IMG/VR virus record: IMGVR_UViG_3300020469_000009
Source: a virus
Reading direction: 5' to 3' (one strand)
Length of the DNA: 64,000 bases
Made by a program: the position numbers and the translations under genes. Of this stretch, positions 26,443-39,000 are shown in pieces. Under the pieces are notes generated by a model, which did not search any database, was not told the origin of the DNA, and worked only from the letters and a program-made list of their open reading frames with translations. Every line of letters starts with the position of its first letter. The stretch's first letter is position 1.

Positions 26443-28614
26443 CTATACTAATAACGACCCTGAAAGAACCGTTAATCCGTTTACGTCTTGTATAATTAGT
26501 GATTGAGTACTAGAAAAACTCTGACCCGCAACTGAGAGTGATAAAGATTGTGGTGATAATACTGATGTTGAATCAATAGACCTCCACTCTGCATATCTAT
26601 ATGAACCATCTGAGTCTGTATTATTTGTACCTGGTTTTACTGAGTGTTTAACAATATTCTTTTCTGTTCTTTCTGCTGAAGACATATCCAATGCTTTATT
26701 TTGTGCAGTTGGATCATCAATTAAAGTAGCATCTAAGAAATAAATTTCTGCAGCTCTAAATCCAGCAAATGTTCTACCTGTTTCAGACTGTTTGTTTATA
26801 ATTTCTATTACAAGCCCATCAAAATGTGCATCGGTATCTGTACCAGTTCTTACAACTATGTTTCTACCATCTGAATCATCAGTTGTTGGTAGATAAATTC
26901 TCTTACCAAATAAATCAGAGTCATGCTCTGAATCATACATAACTGATATAAAGTTATATCCTGTTCCTCTAGGAGAACCATCTGAATCTGAATCATAAAC
27001 ACCCATAAGACCTGAACCAAATGAGTTTCTTTGAATTGCTGTACCTTTTCTACCTGCTCTTGTTGCATAGTCAGAATCATTTAATAAGTTAACAATTTTT
27101 CTAGCAACCCTTGCTTCTGAATCTCCTACATCAATTTGTAATACTTTATCTTCTGAATCAGCTGCAGTTTGATTTACTAATGCACCATAAGGAACTGAGA
27201 ATTCTGAATCTGGATTACCTGAGAATGAACCACGTCTATTGAATACAACTTCCATGTGGTGTGTTTCTGAATCCACTGAATCAAATCTTGGTGTTTTATT
27301 ACTATTATCTTCTAACCATAATGAACCATTTTCAACATCAAACGCTGGAGGTGTAGCACTAACAACTGCAACTGCGTTTAGTGTGACAACTTCATCAGCA
27401 CCAGTAAATGCAGCTCCTCTAATTTTAAATCTGTTATTTTCAGTGACACCCATTTGACCAGGAGCTGTTTCATCTGAGTCAATTGTACCAATATTACCCA
27501 CCATATTTTTCAGAGTAATACCTTTTCTCTGATATATTGGTGAATTTACTATTTCATTAATACCAAATGTAGATGTTTCCATTACTTCACCAGAAGATGC
27601 TATACGTGGAGTAGTTTCATCACCAAAGAAGAAAGTAATCTCTACACGTTTTGCAAAGTCTGAATCATTATCTGAATCTCTTTTTAAGAAAAATGTATCT
27701 GAATCTGTAGGTACAAACTTACGTAAAGCTGTAATGGAATGGTCTGTAGTTTGTACAAATTTATCTGCCGCTTCTACTTCTAATTTTTTATCACCACCAT
27801 AAATGTAAACGATGGATGCATTTACTTTATCTATTTCAGCAATAATGTTTTGGTCCATAGAGTTAAGAGAAGCTGATGCATTTACAGCATTTGCTATTCT
27901 TGTTGCAATTTGTGATGATGATAAATCTGAATCAATATTGAAAGATATATCTACAACACCACCACCAAATTTACTACCATGCACAGCATTTACAGGTGTA
28001 ATATCTGAATCTGTAGTACCATCTGAATCATGCAATAGTAATTTTAATTTATCACTATTTGCTCTATTTCTAAAAGCTTTAGATACTGGTATGTGTCTTA
28101 CTTTATAATTTTTGCCATCACCATTTTGAATAGTTGAATCTCTACCAGAACCTGTAATTGCTGATAAAGTTTTTGTAGAATCTGAATCTACAAATGTAGG
28201 TGAATAACCATCTGAATCTCTTACAAAATTTAAAGCAAAATCTGAATCTAAGAAACCAGATTGTCTGATTCTTAATTTAACATTTAATCCTGCTTGGTCT
28301 GAATCTAATATTCTTCTAGAAATAATTCTAATTTGTGAACCATTTTGAAATTGTTGACCATACGGTCTAAATCCTGGCATTCTATATTTGACACCAGATA
28401 TCTGTACTTTTTCTACAGCTAAAATATTAGATGTGCCATCTGAGTCTCTTGTGACTGTAGGTCTTTTTGTGTATAACTTTCTAGTGGATAGGTTAATTGC
28501 TATCTCACCTTGTTCAATTTGGTCTGTAGTCGGTTGACCCTCAGCATTTAAACCTGTAGATAAACTTCTACGGTGTTTATAAACTGGTCTGCCATTTGAA
28601 AAGTTAATAGTCAT
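26443..28614 (-). CDS. Tail fibre protein with a gp37-like N-terminus, DS[DE]-rich (~23 motifs)
   Basis: KHRRS...PTTDQIEQGEIAINLSTRKLYTK resembles the T4 gp37 N-terminal GELAINL motif. Confidence 0.7.
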   Translation of the reverse strand: MTINFSNGRPVYKHRRSLSTGLNAEGQPTTDQIEQGEIAINLSTRKLYTKRPTVTRDSDGTSNILAVEKVQISGVKYRMPGFRPYGQQFQNGSQIRIISRRILDSDQAGLNVKLRIRQSGFLDSDFALNFVRDSDGYSPTFVDSDSTKTLSAITGSGRDSTIQNGDGKNYKVRHIPVSKAFRNRANSDKLKLLLHDSDGTTDSDITPVNAVHGSKFGGGVVDISFNIDSDLSSSQIATRIANAVNASASLNSMDQNIIAEIDKVNASIVYIYGGDKKLEVEAADKFVQTTDHSITALRKFVPTDSDTFFLKRDSDNDSDFAKRVEITFFFGDETTPRIASSGEVMETSTFGINEIVNSPIYQRKGITLKNMVGNIGTIDSDETAPGQMGVTENNRFKIRGAAFTGADEVVTLNAVAVVSATPPAFDVENGSLWLEDNSNKTPRFDSVDSETHHMEVVFNRRGSFSGNPDSEFSVPYGALVNQTAADSEDKVLQIDVGDSEARVARKIVNLLNDSDYATRAGRKGTAIQRNSFGSGLMGVYDSDSDGSPRGTGYNFISVMYDSEHDSDLFGKRIYLPTTDDSDGRNIVVRTGTDTDAHFDGLVIEIINKQSETGRTFAGFRAAEIYFLDATLIDDPTAQNKALDMSSAERTEKNIVKHSVKPGTNNTDSDGSYRYAEWRSIDSTSVLSPQSLSLSVAGQSFSSTQSLIIQDVNGLTVLSGSLLV

Positions 28615-28621
28615 ATATTAT

Positions 28622-30034
28622 TTATCCCATTGTAATTATCTTCGCTTGACCTTTAAATTTAGTCTGAGAAAAGATAATAGCATTACCTGCAGTATCTGTC
28701 ACTGTTGTCACGGTGACTGGTATGTACATTTGGTCAGCTGATTCAAACCCAACATATCCATCGTGTCCATAACTATTTGGATTTCCTGATATTGCATCTG
28801 AGTCTGCACCTTGTGTACCCCATATTGTTTTAAATCTCTGTATTTTATCTGAGTCTGGAGATGATGATGTCATTTCAGAATCAATAGCATTATAAGCTTG
28901 TGTTCTTATAAAACCTAATACTTCTGTATTTACAGCCGCTAATGTTCCAGCTTTATATACTTTTTTGAAAACTTTCACATCCATCACTGATGCTAAGTTT
29001 GCGAATTCTCTATTTTGTTGTGAATCTGTAAAAGCGGCCGCAGTCATTGGCAGCATAAATCTTCCGGCCGGTACTTCTTCCACTCCATTAATGTTAAATG
29101 CAGATGTAGTTTTATGCCAATCATCTGAGTCAAAATTATCTGTAAATATTCTTATTGAATCTGAATCTCTTGCTGCTGACCTAATATTTTGTCTTACAAA
29201 TACCCAACCAATATCATGTCCTGAATATGTGAATTCATAAATTGAGTGAGGTGAATTTAGTAATACAGGTGATTTAACGCCGTTTGAACTTAATACACCT
29301 GAATAGTTTACTCCATATCCTAAAGCTCTTTTATCGTAAACTGCGCCTTCTGAATCAAAAGGAATACTAAAAGCTGCTGCATTTGTAAATATACCATCTA
29401 CATTTCTAATATGTGTATGTCTAGCATCAGGGGCTGATATGCCTCCAGAATTAGTTGCCCATTCAGCTCTTTGGTCTGAATCTTTAAATCTAAATGGTGT
29501 TGTCCAAACTGACATAGTTCTACTATTAGAGAATGAACCTCTTGATTCTCTAATTTTAATAACATCACCTGGTTGAGCTAAAGGTAAAACTACATGAAAA
29601 GTTCTATTAGTGTTAATACCTGAAGCATCAACATCTATCATTTCACCTCTTGATGCAAAGTAAAATTCTGAATCTAAATATAAGTCTGGTATACCATCAC
29701 CATCAGAATCTGCATCTATTCTCCAACCTCTTGTTTGGTCAAGTAATTTAAAACCTGAATTGTAATCTGAATCTCTTGTAGCATCTGGCGTTCTAAAAGA
29801 TATATTTAGATATTTACCTGCTGGATGTAATTCACCAACACGATATTCGAATTCACCAAATCTTCTTCTATAACCGTAGAATGGTTTATCTACATCTTGG
29901 CCAATAGGATTATCACCAAATTTACTATATACATCAGCAAATAGCTCATTGATTTTAGACCCACCTTTTCTAGCTGAGTCTCCTGTACCTGAGTCTGGGG
30001 ATATACCTAAATTAATTAAATCTTTTGTCGCCAT
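28622..30034 (-). CDS. gp9: Baseplate wedge tail-fibre connector, gp9-like (gp9/gp10 family)
   Basis: INLGISPDSGTGDSARKGGSKINELF, LHPAGKY, GEMIDVDAS...LPLAQPGDVIKIRESRGSFS. Confidence 0.72.
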   Translation of the reverse strand: MATKDLINLGISPDSGTGDSARKGGSKINELFADVYSKFGDNPIGQDVDKPFYGYRRRFGEFEYRVGELHPAGKYLNISFRTPDATRDSDYNSGFKLLDQTRGWRIDADSDGDGIPDLYLDSEFYFASRGEMIDVDASGINTNRTFHVVLPLAQPGDVIKIRESRGSFSNSRTMSVWTTPFRFKDSDQRAEWATNSGGISAPDARHTHIRNVDGIFTNAAAFSIPFDSEGAVYDKRALGYGVNYSGVLSSNGVKSPVLLNSPHSIYEFTYSGHDIGWVFVRQNIRSAARDSDSIRIFTDNFDSDDWHKTTSAFNINGVEEVPAGRFMLPMTAAAFTDSQQNREFANLASVMDVKVFKKVYKAGTLAAVNTEVLGFIRTQAYNAIDSEMTSSSPDSDKIQRFKTIWGTQGADSDAISGNPNSYGHDGYVGFESADQMYIPVTVTTVTDTAGNAIIFSQTKFKGQAKIITMG

Positions 30035-30049
30035 GTTTTATTTATTTCA

Positions 30050-30916
30050 CTAAAGGTTAAAATCTCTTACTATCTTAATAACATTACCATCAGAATCAGA
30101 TAAATTGGTAATTCTTGGACTAACTCTAGAATCACTATCAAATATTGCATCCGAGTCTGGTGTTTTCAATACTACATGACCCACATCAGCACCAAGTAAA
30201 TCACTATCACTTCTACGTAATAAGTTAATGTCTTTTCTATCAGAATCAGTAGCATTTCCTGGAGTTGCTACAATTGCTCTTGAATCTAAAATTACTTTGG
30301 TTTGTGCAATTGGTCCATGGAACCAGACTTTTGTTTCAAATTCTAATGTCCATTCTACTGTTCTTCTTGTAGTAATATCTCCTGTAAAATCATCTGTCCA
30401 AGTCACTGATGTTAGTGAAAAAGGCATATCAAATGCATTTGTAGGAACAGGTGTTTTTGTATCTGCATCTGCAGGAAAATGTCTTACTTTTACTGTATAA
30501 GCTGGATTAAAAAATGGTACAATTTGTTCTATTATTTGCCAACCATCATTTAAAGTTTTTGTTTCACAATACAAAGTATAAGACAATGTATAAGGAACTG
30601 GCATATTTGCTTTTTGTCTTGGATATGCTAAACTATCTGGTGCTCTTAAAATATTAGGTTTGTTATTAAGTTTTCTATTTTGGTCATATATCATAGCAAC
30701 AAATTGATAAGACATTCTTGGTAAAAGTCTTTCAAACATTTCTTCAGTAGGTCTTAAACCTTTTTGTGCTTCAAGCCATTTTTGTCTTGGTCCATAAGAT
30801 ATTGGAACAGGTACTAGTTTGCCATCACGTCTTTTTATAACAATATTGTTGAATAAACTACCAAACACTGCAGTTGCAGTTTTAACAGTTTCGTGATAAA
30901 ATTGAGTACCTAACAT
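30050..30916 (-). CDS. gp15: Tail sheath stabiliser / tail terminator (gp15)
   Basis: FGSLFNNI, VPISYGPRQKW, LPRMS, QIIEQIVPFFNP; DSD-rich C-terminal tail. Confidence 0.93.
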   Translation of the reverse strand: MLGTQFYHETVKTATAVFGSLFNNIVIKRRDGKLVPVPISYGPRQKWLEAQKGLRPTEEMFERLLPRMSYQFVAMIYDQNRKLNNKPNILRAPDSLAYPRQKANMPVPYTLSYTLYCETKTLNDGWQIIEQIVPFFNPAYTVKVRHFPADADTKTPVPTNAFDMPFSLTSVTWTDDFTGDITTRRTVEWTLEFETKVWFHGPIAQTKVILDSRAIVATPGNATDSDRKDINLLRRSDSDLLGADVGHVVLKTPDSDAIFDSDSRVSPRITNLSDSDGNVIKIVRDFNL

Positions 30917-32010
30917 TAAATATCATCCAAATTTCTTATACCAGGTTGACCAAAAGCTCTAGCTGTATAGTCATCTGTTATTGTTTTCGGCGTTTCTCGT
31001 ACGATGCCGTTATTATCGTATACTTCTTGATTCTCAGCTCTTTGTTCAATTTCGGTATTTGATGCCCAAGAATCAGAAATTAAATCGCTATCAGTTATAT
31101 CTATAGCTTTAGTTTCCGAGTCTGTAAATGTAATTCCTGTAGCTGCCTGACTAACAATTTGATCTGTAGTACTTGTAGCTTTTCCAGTATTGTCGTATGT
31201 TATAGCAGTAGGATTGAAATATAAATCTTCTCCTGATAACTCGAATAGTTTACAATGTAGTTTATATTGATAGTTATTTCCTAATTGGAAAAATGCTCCA
31301 TCATGATATGTTGTGACACGTGTAATTTCAAAAACCTTTGGAACATACTGACTTTTGTTTTGTGCTGACCTACCAAATGGAATTACAATAAGGTCACCTT
31401 CAAGAGGTCTTGTTCTTGAAAACTTTGAAAGTAAATGTTGATATTGATCAGAATCAGAATCATTAGAAGCAGATGAAGCTCCAAATGTATCGGAGTCTGT
31501 AAGTCTTTGTTTTAATATTGTTCTATAATCTGAGTCTCTTTGTGTAAATCTATTAATTGCAACTGACATGATAACTTCTTCTCTGAACTCCATACCATAT
31601 AGAGTCATAGTATCTCCTTCACCTTCAAATCCAGCTGAAGCAACCAATAACATATCAATTTGATAACCTGAATCAAAGTGTGATTCCGGTCTTTCATTCC
31701 AAACATTATCAGTATAGTCTGATGCTCTTGGCATATAACGAACAGTTATACCATTTACATTTATAGACTCTCTAATTAAGTTTTGAATTGTTCTTTGTTC
31801 GTTTGTAGAAAACCTAGATGACGCACCAAATTGGTTTATATAACCATCAATAAAAGTATTTTGAATACCTGATTTAATTGAATAAGATTTATTTATTGAT
31901 TGTATGGAACGGTTTAGATTTTCACCAAAATCTGAATCATTATCAGAATCGCCACCAAAGCCTGTTGGTGCGATTGTAAAACCTGCAAAGTTGTTCTTTA
32001 CTGATGACAT
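30916..32010 (-). CDS. gp14: Neck protein (gp14)
   Basis: EQRTIQNLIRESINVNG..VRYMPR, GFEGEGD, RPLEGDLI, FFQLGNNYQYKLHCKLF. Confidence 0.92.
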   Translation of the reverse strand: MSSVKNNFAGFTIAPTGFGGDSDNDSDFGENLNRSIQSINKSYSIKSGIQNTFIDGYINQFGASSRFSTNEQRTIQNLIRESINVNGITVRYMPRASDYTDNVWNERPESHFDSGYQIDMLLVASAGFEGEGDTMTLYGMEFREEVIMSVAINRFTQRDSDYRTILKQRLTDSDTFGASSASNDSDSDQYQHLLSKFSRTRPLEGDLIVIPFGRSAQNKSQYVPKVFEITRVTTYHDGAFFQLGNNYQYKLHCKLFELSGEDLYFNPTAITYDNTGKATSTTDQIVSQAATGITFTDSETKAIDITDSDLISDSWASNTEIEQRAENQEVYDNNGIVRETPKTITDDYTARAFGQPGIRNLDDI

Positions 32011-32019
32011 TTGTGCTCA

Positions 32020-32862
32020 TTACCCATAAAACCCTGCATCATATCCAATCCTAACTTGTCTTGCGACAAGTTCTGCAAATGCATCTTCAACGTTATCAGC
32101 AGATATTCTAAATGAAGAATTAGTCAATCCTTGAATTTCATTAAAGTCAGAGTACAGTTTTTGTTGGTCAGCTGCAGCTAATTTACCTGTTTGAGTACCA
32201 GCACTTAATCTTGATAAAGCACCATCAAAATCTAAACCTACTTGGTCTAGAGAAAATTCAGTTTGTACTTTTAAAAGACCATCAGCACCAACTTTTAAAA
32301 AAGCTGGAGCATTTACACTATACTCATTATTTTTTAAACGTACAGTATTAATATCTATTCTTCCATGAGGATTAGACCTAGAATACTTATCAATAAATGC
32401 TTGACGACCTGATGGGTCAATTCTATCAGTTAAGAATACTGTATCACCGGGTTTCAAACCTGCAAATGTATCACTATCAAAACCAGTAGTATTATTTCCT
32501 ATATTTGTGTGTACTGCATCAGAATCCCATCTTAAATCGTTAGATGATTTAACTCCTAAGATTCTAAAATCTGAATCACCCACTGGAGTTTCAAATCTTT
32601 TAATACGTAAATCTTTATCTGAGTCTGCTCTATAAACAGCTTCCATAAAGTTTCCTACTTTAATAAAAGCAGTTCTTAATGGGTCACCTGTGTTTGAGTT
32701 TGGAGAAGAACCAATATTAATTCTAACATTGTTTTTAACTATACGATTAGAATCATTAAAGGCAATAGTGCCAGACTGAGTATTTACAGGTGCAATACCA
32801 ACCTGTGTATCAGAATCTGCAAATCCAAAATTAGGTACTAATATGTCTTTTAAGTTAGCCAT
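32020..32862 (-). CDS. gp9/gp10-family baseplate/fibre-attachment protein
   Basis: INIGSSPNSNTGDPLRTAFIKV motif of the gp9/gp10 N-terminal family. Confidence 0.65.
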   Translation of the reverse strand: MANLKDILVPNFGFADSDTQVGIAPVNTQSGTIAFNDSNRIVKNNVRINIGSSPNSNTGDPLRTAFIKVGNFMEAVYRADSDKDLRIKRFETPVGDSDFRILGVKSSNDLRWDSDAVHTNIGNNTTGFDSDTFAGLKPGDTVFLTDRIDPSGRQAFIDKYSRSNPHGRIDINTVRLKNNEYSVNAPAFLKVGADGLLKVQTEFSLDQVGLDFDGALSRLSAGTQTGKLAAADQQKLYSDFNEIQGLTNSSFRISADNVEDAFAELVARQVRIGYDAGFYG

Positions 32863-33037
32863 TTGCTATCTTCTCCATCAATTTTAAAATTTTATCCATT
32901 TTTGTTTCTAAACTTGTTATTCTTGTTTCAGTTTGTTTATCTTTTAGAGTTTTAGCTTTATATTCATCATAAGCAGCTCTATTAGTATTTAAAATAGCTC
33001 CACTCTTGGGGTCTCTTCTTAAATGTTTTTTATCCAT
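32855..33037 (-). CDS. Small conserved hypothetical protein (60 aa)
   Basis: LRRDPKSGAILNTN plus a coiled coil; resembles the small gene that follows VrlC in T4-like phages. Confidence 0.65.
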   Translation of the reverse strand: MDKKHLRRDPKSGAILNTNRAAYDEYKAKTLKDKQTETRITSLETKMDKILKLMEKIANG

Positions 33038-36000
33038 TATGCTACTGCTATTATCCTTAAATCACGTAATTTGCTTATAAATGATGAGTTTTTACTATTC
33101 ATTTCTATTTTTATTTGAAATGCATCAAATTCTTTTCCTAAATCTTGTGTAAGACTAAATTGTTCAAATACTGCAGAACTTTTAAATTTACCAAAATTAG
33201 TTTCATTTACAATTTGAGTTCTTGGGAATGTTTCAAATTCAATTTCTCCGAACTCTGTATTATCACCTACTGCCCTTGTTTTGTATCTAATGTTGAACTC
33301 ACCAGATGGGTCCATATCAGCATCAAAGAACATTCTTATTTGTGATGCTGGTACATCTAATTTTAAAACTTTTGTAATATAACCAGCTTGTTCATCTCTA
33401 CTAGATATTCCAGCTTGGAAAGCAGCAAATTCTGTTTGTGCTGTTGCAGTTGATGTAGCTGTGACAGGTGTAGCAACTAATCCAGACATATCTGAATCAT
33501 CAATATATGTACCAATGTTATTTTTATAAGCAAACATAGTACTTGCAGAATCTAATCTAATTACTGGTGATACAAATTTGTTAGTTGTTTTTAAAGTTAT
33601 TTGTTGTTCAAAATCAGCGGTTGCAGTTTTATTCATTGAACCATTAACTAGTCTTGGCGAAGAAAAACCTACAATTCTATCTATTGGTGCACGATTGAAA
33701 CTAGTTTCTTTTACTTGAGGTGAATCGTAATATTGATCACCAGTACTATAACCAAATAAGTTAGAAGCAGCTCTTAATATTAAGTTTGCACCACTTGTTG
33801 TTTTAAGCTGTGATTCAACAGTTGTTTCATCAAATATAATTGGAGATGTATTTGTTCGTACTGCATCATATTGTATACTACCAGTAGCAACTACATTTTC
33901 ACCACCACCTTTTCCAGCTTTAACACTTTTATGCCAACCACCAGTGACTGGATTAGAATTAATTGCAGCTGAATCAGAATCTTGCTCACTTAAATCTATC
34001 ATATAAGTGTCTTGTGTAGCATTTTTTACTTTATGTCTAGCTGTTGTTGATGATGTTGTTAAGTTAGAAAGTCCACTTACATTATTAATAAATGAAGTTG
34101 GAATACCATTTAATACGGATTCACCTCTAAATCTTACTAGGTCTGAGTCTGCACCATTACTAATAGTACCATTACCACTTACACCTAGTATTCTAACTTG
34201 GTGAGTATCATCAGGACCATACATACCGTGGTTAGGATGATGTACTTTAATATAATAAGAATTATCAAATGTTTCAATAGCTAATCCCTGAGCCGCTTGT
34301 CCAATTGGTTGACCATAAAAATTAGCTTTATCTCTCATAGTAATTGTAGAATCAGCTGTAGTAAATTCAGCTCTATTAGCTGTAAATGTTAAATCTCTGT
34401 TTTGTTCAGGCGTCCAAGTACTTCCATTTTGTGAACTAAAGAATGAACCATAATATCCACCAACGTTAGGTTGTTTATCAATTTTACCACCAGTATTTAC
34501 ATCTTCTTGTCCTTGTTGTGCTGTCCAAACTGATGTAGTATCAGATGGTGTAAGTAATACAATTGCATATTCTGTTTGTTCTCTTAAAAATACTGGAGCA
34601 TCAAATCTAAAGTTTGTTTTGGTTGCAGGTTTTAATAAGTTAGCATTTGCAGATGTGACATCTACTCTTGCTCTACCTAAAATATCTCTGCCAGGATAGC
34701 CGTTTTCAGTACTTCTTATTTCACAAAGTACATGGTCATTGTTTGTTCTAGTATCTACAAATCCTAAGTAAATATCTACTGAAGTTATAAACGAACCAGT
34801 TGCTCTGGCATTTTGATTAGCAGGATTAAAGTTATTAGGGTCATTTCCTGGGTCAAGTGGTAATGTAAATAATTGTGCTACTGGGTCTCCAAAGTTCCAG
34901 TTCAATGCTGGCCATACAAAAGGAGTGGTTGTTGTAGTTGATGTTGAACGTGTAGCATCTGAAGTTGATTGTGATATAAGTCTATTACCAGCTTCTCGTG
35001 TAGCTCTTAATGAGACTAAATCACCAACTTCAAAGAAACCTCTTGATTCATATATGACTTGACCTTCTGTTGTTGCAGAACCATCTTTGTCTGTAAGTAC
35101 TAAAGATTTAGTACCAGTTTTAAATGTTCTTGCAGGTATAGTTAATCTACCTCTAATTTGTCCTTTTCCATCTGTTCTTAAAGCACCTACAGTACCGTAA
35201 GTTCTTGTTGTAGAAACATCAATTGGTAAATAATCTGTTTGCTGGCAATTATTTGAAACATCTACAGAATCAAAGACAGCTTTTAAGTCAGTGTTAGGTC
35301 TGAATCCTGTACCTACAAATTCTACAACTCTCGATCTGATGAATGCATCATCTTTTTCTCTTACTTCTCTAATATTAAAATTACTACTACTTGTAAATTC
35401 TTCTTCTTGTGCTATGAAATTACTAGTTGTTGTTGTACCAGTTTCAGTTTCTGTAGTAGTTGTTGTATCACCAAGCCACCACGTCCAAATATTTCCTAGA
35501 CTAGTTGTAGTAGTTGTAGTAGTTGTTCCAGTCCAGTTAGTTTCTGTAGTATTAAATTCTGTGTTTGGAATATCTCTTGTGACTGGTGTTAAGTTATCAA
35601 ATACAGCTTCGGATACAGAAGTTGTACCTCCACCAAATGCTGTTCTATCAATAAAGAAATTTTCAACAATATTCCAAGATGGGTCTCTCCAAAAGTCTTG
35701 GTTAGGTGTTAGAGATATTATTCCACTATACGTCCAAGCTGCATAAGGATTTATTCTTACAAGTTCAGAAGCAAATGTTTGTTCTAACATTTTTTGTTCA
35801 GTGTAAGATTTCATAATATAACCAGGACCCTGAGTTAAGTAATAAGGGTCAATGTTTGTACCGGCATCAGAACGTTCTAAAACTATGTCTCTTTCAACTG
35901 AAGGTGCTCTTAACTGATTTGTTTGTGTATCAATAGAAGCTCTAAATTCTTTGTTTTGTAAATCACCTGGTGTACTTATAACTGATGAAAAATCATCAAC

Positions 36001-39000
36001 AACAAAACCAGATTTTACTCTTGTACCTACATTATCGTGTAATGCTTGAGACTCTAATAAAGATAAAGATACAGATGTTTCAAGATTTCTAACACGTTTT
36101 TCGATTTTAGAAATGTCTTTCATGGTAAAACCACGTTGTTGACCTTCAGCTATATCAATAGTTTTAGTAGGGTATCTTACAGCTGGTGGTACATCAATAG
36201 TTGCTAATAACATAGTACCAGGTGCTAAATCAGGCTGTGTTGCAGCTCTGGTATCACCTATACCAGGTATAACTTTAATTTCTGCATCTTTGTTAAGTAC
36301 AAAAGATAATTTTTGTCCTAAGAAATATTCTGCATCTGTGGAAAATTGACCATCAGGCATTACGTGTGTACCTGTATTCTCTAAGTTTCTCCAGCTAAAT
36401 GATAGTGGGTTTTGTGCTGTTGAATAATTAGAACCTAGTCTTTGTCTAAATCTAAAATCTACTGAGTTTCTTAAATTAGTACCATTTAAAGGTTCATAAC
36501 TTTTTATTTCTTGTGGTTCTCTAAAATATCTTGGGTCAACTGAATAAAAACCGTCTGCAGCATATGAATCAACACTATAAAATAAACCTTGGAACGGATC
36601 AGCATCAAAGTAAGAAAAGAAAACTAGTAAGTCACCACTTGATGGTGCAGGAACAGATTTTTTTCTAATAATAGAGCCAATACCATAATAATCAGCTCTT
36701 TGTCCATTGTCCACAAGATAATTGTTAGTAATATCAGTGCCGGCTATTGTAGTTCCTAATGAAGTAAATGTAATATTATCTAAAATTGCAGTTTCTCTAT
36801 CAGGTACTTTTATTGTGATAGCTTCTCCTGCTACAAATGCTACACCTTTTTCAAAACAAACTTGTACTTCATCAGCCAATCCTGTACCAGATTTTACAAT
36901 ATGATAACCTGTAGTAGCTGATAACGTACTTTCTCCTGTTGCAACTGTGTTTGATAATGCTACTCTTGCTCTTGTTTTAGATTCTTTACCTATAAGTAAT
37001 GAACCTTGAGGAATTGTAGCACCACCAGATATAGAAAGTTTTACTGGTGTAAATGCTGCACTTGGTAAAGTTGTACTTTCGGCAAATGAATTATTATCTG
37101 TAGCTTGTACAATTTTATATACTTTGTATAGGTCTGGATAGTACATATTAATTCTTCTATCTTGTGCAGACCATGATGAGTTTACTGCTGTAGTTCTTGA
37201 ACTATCAGTATTTCTGATTTTTAAGACTCCGTATTTTAAAGTTTTTGTAATTTCTACAGCATCATCAATTCTTGTTCTTTTGTAATCACCATTTCTATTA
37301 TGACTCCATTGCGAATCAGTTAAATTGGGTGTCACTGATAATCCACCTTCAGTAGAAGAAATAGTTGGTGGAGATTTGTACATCACTTCAAAGTCATTAT
37401 CAAATGGAACTGTACCAGACCTTAATGTTTTAAATGTTTTATCTGAATTACCTAATAATTCACCACCTACATTTTTTAGTGTAGCACCAGAACCTGGAGT
37501 CCAATCAGTAAAGGCTGCAAAACCAACACCGTCTGAATCATCTTTTGCAGCTCTAATTCTTCTTACTTGAGAAAAGTCATATAATCTTGATGTTTTAATT
37601 TTAGATTTTACGGCTGTTAAAGCTCCTCTTGGTACATCACCTGATAATTGTGCACCAACTGCGAAAGGAGCTGATGAATTAGTAATTAATATACCATTTC
37701 TTTGTTGAGATACTCCAGCAATTGTTTTTGTACCTGTAAAATCAGTCCAATCTGAATCATTTTTTACTGCAGCTCCTGCTCCGATATTACTATCTAATTT
37801 TATTACATGTCCAGTTTGTACTTTACCAATTAGTGTTGCTTTAATTTCTTCACCGGCGACATAAACTCCTTTATGTAATGATGTATGGTCTGAATCATAA
37901 GTTGAATTATCTGAATCACCAATTGTGATATGTTGAAACATCTTTATATCATGCATATAAAGTCTGCCTTTAGCAATTCCACCTGCAGTTGATGTGACTT
38001 GTACACCATAAGGTCTACCAAATCCGATTGTAATACCATCTGAATCTTGTAATGCTAATTTATTTTGATATGAACCAATACCACCAGCCTGAGTTAATAG
38101 CATTCCTGATAAAACACCAGATGTCATATCATAAATATCTACGTAAGGTGCTCCTTTTATAGAAAGTTTTGAATTGAATTCTTTTTTAGCTTCAGTATTT
38201 CTGTCAATGTAAATATCTTTTGGTGCACTTGTTTCTAAACGATAACCATCAACATAAGCTATACCTGGAGAAAATGAAACACCAAATCTATCTGAATCTT
38301 CCCAAGAGTTTTCTCTAATTTTTGGCAAGAATTTTTTAACATAATATGAACCTGATTCTTCTCTACGTCTTTTTGCTAACTCATCTCCTAAGAAATTGTA
38401 TTGAGGATTTTGAGAATTACTACGACCTTGAATTGCTCTTTCAGTATCACCAACAATAACACCATTATTAATTTCTATTTGTTTATAAAATGTCGGATCA
38501 GAACCTTGGTCAAGAGTACTTTTAATTAGTACACTTATAGAGTTTTGTAATCTGTTTGCACCAGGTGCACCTTCATTAGTACTACCACGAGCATTATCAA
38601 ATAACGTGGCATCATCATTTGCAGTAATCGCTTTTGAAGTGATAGAAAATCCAATAGCCGCTGTTGGCCTATTTGTAGTCGATGATACAACTACATTTTG
38701 TTCATTTATTCTAGTAAAAAATCCATCAATGTAATACACACCATTTTTTATTGTTGCCACTGCAGATTTAGAAACTTTTGAAAATACGTTTACATGTGAT
38801 ATAGTGCTTCCTGGGTTATCAGCTGTTTTAGCATAGATAAAACCTTCATCACTATCAGTAAATTTTTTGCTTGTAATATATGTAAAGAATATTGAACCCG
38901 CTGTAGCACTTTCATTAATACCAGTAGGTGTTTTTAAGACTTTTGCTTGTACATCTCCAGCTTGGTTTGTAATTAATGTTTCAGAAAAATTACCTATATT

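Noticed and set aside
35400-35550. Poly-Thr / Trp-rich stretch in the VrlC-like protein
   Set aside because: Low-complexity variable loops are expected in this part of such large virion proteins; no independent evidence of a special function.
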